Assembly: GCA_964016885.1 (NCBI GenBank)
Contig: OZ024743.1
Coordinates: 302,064,001-302,128,000 of the forward strand
Source: Eledone cirrhosa
Lineage: Eukaryota
DNA: 64,000 nucleotides
Reading direction: 5' to 3'
The notes under the pieces are model-generated. The model ran no database searches, had not been told where the DNA came from, and saw only the letters and a program-made list of their open reading frames with translations. Of this stretch, positions 59,320-64,000 are shown in pieces (positions within the stretch are counted from its first letter, which is position 1; every line of letters starts with the position of its first letter). Made by a program: the position numbers and the translations under genes.

Positions 59320-60550
59320 TCGCGTTGATAAGCTCTGAGTACATAAGGAGAGTAAGGAGCGTATTAAAATCACGTCTAAGTACTAGGTATGTCATCAGTG
59401 CAGTACATTCCCGAGCTGTGTCTATTATTATGTACAGCGCGAGAATTCAAAAATGGAATGTTGCTGAACGAAAAGAAATGCATAGGGAGACTAGGAAGCT
59501 ATTGATTATCTACATGTTCCACAAGAGCATGGATAGAATCTACTTAAAGAGATCTGAAGGTAGAAGAGGTCTTATCAGCATAGAGGACTGTGTTCAGATG
59601 GAGAAAAACAACTTGCAGAAATATGTGACTGACAGTAGGGAGCCAATGCTCAAAATTGTAATGAAGGAGAAGACAATAGACCAGGGAGGTACAAGGAGGA
59701 AATAACAGCAAGGAGGAAGAGCAACCTTCATGAAAAATCCCTTCATAGTACCTTCTTTAAGAAAACTGCATTTCGAGATCCACAGACATGGAACTGGTTA
59801 AAAACTACAGAAGGAATGCTAATGGCTGCGCAAGAGCAGGCCCTCAGAACGAAGTGGGTGTAACACTATATTTACAAAGGGGAGGCTATCCCACTGTGTA
59901 GGATCTGTGGAGAGAGATAGGAGACTGGCTCACATTTTATCCGAGTATAAACACCTAGCCCAGACTCACTATAAAGGCTGGTGACATGATGTGATAGACA
60001 GGGTGAACCACTGGCACCTATGCAAAGTAAACAATTTACCACATTATGAGAAGTGGTATGAGCATAAGTCAGAATCAGTGATAGAAAACGATCAGATGAA
60101 GGTGATATGTGATTTTAGGATACAGACTGACAACCAATTAGAACACAATAGGCCTGACCTGTTGGTTTTGGACAAGGACAAAATATCGTGCTTGATTGTA
60201 GATGTAGCCTGCCCATTTGACACCAGAGTTCAAGAAAAGGAGAGGGAGAAAATTAACCGATACCAGGATTTAAAACGGGAGGTAAAAAGGATTTGGAACT
60301 GCCATAAAGTCAAGGTCGTCCCAAAAGAGTTTCTAAGAATGGTTAAAGAAGATTAGTCCAGCCCCGCTTTTTTGGAACACTTCAAAGGGCATGCTTGGAA
60401 GAACCCTCCGATACGTCCTGAAAATCTGAGGCTGCAGGTAGCGGCTTGATATTCATTTCAACAAACTTTCCAGTTAAATAACATCAATGAATGAGACTAA
60501 AAAAAAAATAAAATAAAATAAATACATGAATAATAATAATAATAATAATT
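59320..60550 (+). mobile_element. 5'-truncated R4/Dong-type LINE with restriction-like endonuclease
   Basis: RIYLKRSEGRRGLISIED, AAQEQALRT, CRICG, WYEHK..VIEND, DFRIQTD..HNRPDL..IVDVACPFD..EKINRYQDL. A-rich then (TAA)n end. Confidence 0.9.
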
Positions 60551-60750
60551 GTTTCTACTATCGGCACAAGGCCAACAATTAACCAGTACATTACAGGTAC
60601 TTTATTTTATCGACCCCGTAAGGATGAAAGGCAAAGTTAACTTTAATAATAATAATTATTTCTACTTTAGGCACAAGGCCAGCAATTACGCAGTGCATTA
60701 CTGGTACTTTATTTTATCGACCCCGTAAGGATGAAAGGCAAAGTTAACCT
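60548..60750 (-). mobile_element. Two tandem 5'-truncated SINE fragments
   Basis: Both stop at AAAGTTAAC(C/T)T next to (TAA)n. Confidence 0.85.
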
Positions 60751-63700
60751 TAATAATAATAATGATTTCATTTATTGGCCACAAGGGCCGACATATAGGG
60801 GAGAATACAAAAGACTGGGACTGTGGAGTTTTACAGAAAAATCGAGTAAACAATATGAATAACAATAACAAAGTAACAATAAAATTACAACAAGAAAAAA
60901 TTCGCCAATAGGGGGGATGACCACGCAGGATTCGCTCAGGTACCCCACCACTCCTGAACGACCCGACGCTTCGAGAGCACCCTGGAAGGACACCACCTCT
61001 CCTCCTCAAATTTACCTACAGCTGCTTGACCAGAGTAGGCCCACTCACACGGGTCATTTCGCCATATTCACCCACATATCAGCAAATGTACTGGGGGGCA
61101 GCACTTCTCTCTCCAACCTCACCTTCCTTTCCAAGTGAAACTTGAAAAAGTTGATGAGGGATTGGCCGAAGAGAAAAGTGTCTGTCTTCAGTCCTTTCAA
61201 CCTCGTCCACCATACAACCTCTTTCGCTACTGCCACCAGACAGGAAAATAGCCTGTCCTTCCTGGCCAAAAGAAGGCGGTTGGTCGATCTTCACTATGGA
61301 CTCGGCCGATAGCCGGATCCGTTCTACACGCGACAACAGCTGTTCAACATAACTCCACAATCAGTAATGCCAGGACACTGGACGAGTGCGTGCAGAACGG
61401 TTTCGTCGCTCTGCGCCCATCTCGGGCAGGTCCGTCTGACGGCACTTCCGTTCCTGTAGAGTTTATCTCGAACAGGCAGTGCCCCCCGGTAGCACTGCCA
61501 AGCAAGGGATTTTTGGAAATTATCCATCGTCCCCTGCTCGAAAGTCCTCCGGTACAGACTGGTTAGTTCGACTTCGTTGACTCCCAGCAGAGCTTCTCCG
61601 AGTGCGTCGCCACACTTGCCCACCAGTAGTCCTCTATAGAACTCGAGAGTGGAAGTTCCACTGACCGCATTTCCCGCCTGGTAGAGGCAGTGAGTGTCTG
61701 ACAACATTCCAGATGTCAGTCACCCAGTCTCGGTCTCTTCTTGACCCAGGATTGCAGCTCAGTCAAAGAAACGAGCTTCGGAAAGGCCCGTCTGACAAAC
61801 GGCGACCACACCTGTTCACCGTTTAGGCAGAATATCTGGAGATGCCGCAGCCTCAGCGCATGCCTGCGCATCATTAGCCACGGCATGCCCAGTCATCCAC
61901 GTAGAGGGCGCTGGCAGCAGATGGACCGCCTCACCAGCGGTACCTGACCCATCCACAAGAATGTGTAGAGGAGCCGCTCCAAGATGGCGAGGCGCGAACA
62001 GGGGCAAGGGACGACGGTTAACTATAGTAGATGTCGGACGCGATATACGCGTACACCCCTTCCGCCCGACCTTTCAGTGATAGCTTCATCCCAGCCCATT
62101 TCTGGGTGAGACTGGCTACACTACCCGTCACCTCGTCCCAATTGTTATCCACCTGGAGGTCTGGCCCGAACCAAACCCCTAGCAACTTTACCGGTCCGTC
62201 CGACCACCTCGATTTCTGAGGTGTCCGACACCATCACGGTGATGTCGTCCGCATAAGCCGACACAGCCTTACCGCGTCCTGGTTCGAGCGGGATGCCCTG
62301 CAACAGCTCCAGGTTCCGCAGTAGAGGCTCGAGAGTCAATACGTACAGAAGGGAGGAGAGAGGGTTCCCTTGACGAACCGATCGGGAGACCTGAAACGGT
62401 TCCGAGAGGTCGCCATTACTATCGAGCAGGTGCCGCTGTGTATTGCAGCGATCCAGCTTCTGAAGACGGGGCCGAAGCCAGCCACCATGAGGACAGCCTC
62501 CAGGTACTGATGTTCGACCCTATAGAATGCTTTCGATTGATCTAAATTGATCAGAAACCACCGAAGCCAGGTTTACACCCAACCCTCTCTATGTTGTATC
62601 ACATTAGGTGGAGGTTGTCGTGTATGGACCTGCGTGGGATTGCGCAAATTTGCGCCACCCCAAACAAATCCCCGAAGACTAGCGCCAACCTCTTCGCTAA
62701 GACCCTGGCCAAAATCTTAAACTCTGTGTTGAGCAGAGTTATGGCCCTGAAATTGTCTAATGTGTCCCTCATGTTCTCGTCTTTCCTTATCAGCGTCACT
62801 ACGCCCCCGCTCTCAGAGCTGGGAATACTCCCGTTTTGATGACAGTAACTGTAGAGGGCTTCGAGGAGATTGGACAACAAGTATGGCATATTTACGTAAA
62901 GCTCATAGGGCAGACCATCCAAACCGGGTGACTTGCGCCTCATGCAGCCGACAAGTGCATCCTGAATCTCGGCTGAAGTAATTGGGCTTTCGCAGCGCCC
63001 AGCATCAGCCGTCGAGAGTTGTGGTAAGCCATCGAGGTAGGGACTGAAGTCCACCACAATCTCTGATCCGCCACTTCCCCCGAACAACAGAGCAAAATGT
63101 TGGCGAAAGGCCTCACACATCCTCTTGGAATCGCTCAGCTCGTGTCCGTCTCGGTCCGTCAAAGACTGAATCGTGGTTTTATTACCACGCTGCGCCTCTG
63201 CCACGCGGGCCCATCGAACAGATTTGGTTCCCTCGTTTCTCAGAGCTAGCGCCTTAGCTCTGACAATGCAGCCTTCGTATTTCGCATTGAAGAAATGGTC
63301 TAATGCCATTCTCGCCGCTAGCACGTCAGTTGCAATGCCACTACCAATAGCGTCGTCTAACTTATCTACCAACTCCCCCTCCTTTCTATTTGTCTCTAAC
63401 GCTACTTCTTTGCTAAACCCCATCGACATTACTCTAATCTCTCTTTTGAGAGCCCCCCACCATCTATTGTTGTCGACTCCCCCGTCAACTTTTTCTTAAC
63501 TAAATTGTTGACCTGGTCCCTGTAAGCCTTACGTGCCAGAAATTACATGTTTAGCTTCCAGTAACCTACGCGTCTTCTCTAGGTCGACCATACAGATCAC
63601 AAACTTGTGATCTGAATAGGCGACTGTTTCAAAACGTGGACAGCTTACACTCTTTCTGTCTATTTTCCTAATGAATATCCTGTCTATATACGATCTAGAT

Positions 63701-64000
63701 GACCCTCTGCAGTTAGCCCAGGTCCACACTCACGCATAAGGGAAATCTAGTCGATAGCTGTCAGACATTTGGAACTGGCTGATCAGGTTCTAGAGGCTTT
63801 TGCACCCCTCGCTCCTATCGGATACTCCCACACAGTCACTGCGTGCGTCTAAGATGACATTCCAGTCCTCCGTTGACAGTAAAGGGCGAGACGTGCCCAG
63901 AAAGTCTTCCAGGCGTCTAAAGATGTCCGGCCGTCCTGCCCCAGTAGAGGCATAGACGGCCACCAGTCTAAAGGCCCCACCTTCGTATTGTTAACGTCCA
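60751..64000 (-). mobile_element. L1/Tx1-clade LINE ORF2 (APE endonuclease, RT, zinc finger), disrupted; runs off the window
   Basis: LVAVYA, DWNVILD, SYIDRIF, YSDHK, KSPGLDGLPYELY, NFRAITLLNTEFKILARVLAKRL, AYADD, and the same C-terminus and 3' UTR as 30783-31560. Confidence 0.93.

Overview
This is AT-rich eukaryotic DNA, very probably from an octopod cephalopod, judging by the abundant tRNA-derived SINE with the core ATCGACCCCGTAAGGATGAAAGGCAAAGTTAACCTCGGCGGGATTTGAACTCAG. No host gene can be called with confidence, and most ORFs in the track are (TA)n/(TG)n translation artefacts. The window is a mosaic of microsatellites and decayed mobile elements: three Penelope-like elements (PLEs; RT + GIY-YIG) plus a fragment, two L1/Tx1-clade LINE copies, an R4/Dong-type LINE, RTE remnants and bipartite RTE derivatives, mariner and hAT-like MITEs, over 15 SINE copies or fragments, and a 3.3-3.7 kb tandem triplication. 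The main result of manual reading is about 18 type-I hammerhead ribozyme (HHR) motifs (intact, variant or half) from roughly nine sequence families, mostly next to (TA)n tracts. They include a 310-nt more-than-unit-length retrozyme-like insert, a family with a recurrent CAGAAGA core, and fold-back inversions that break in HHR stem II. All structures were read by eye; none was computed or tested.
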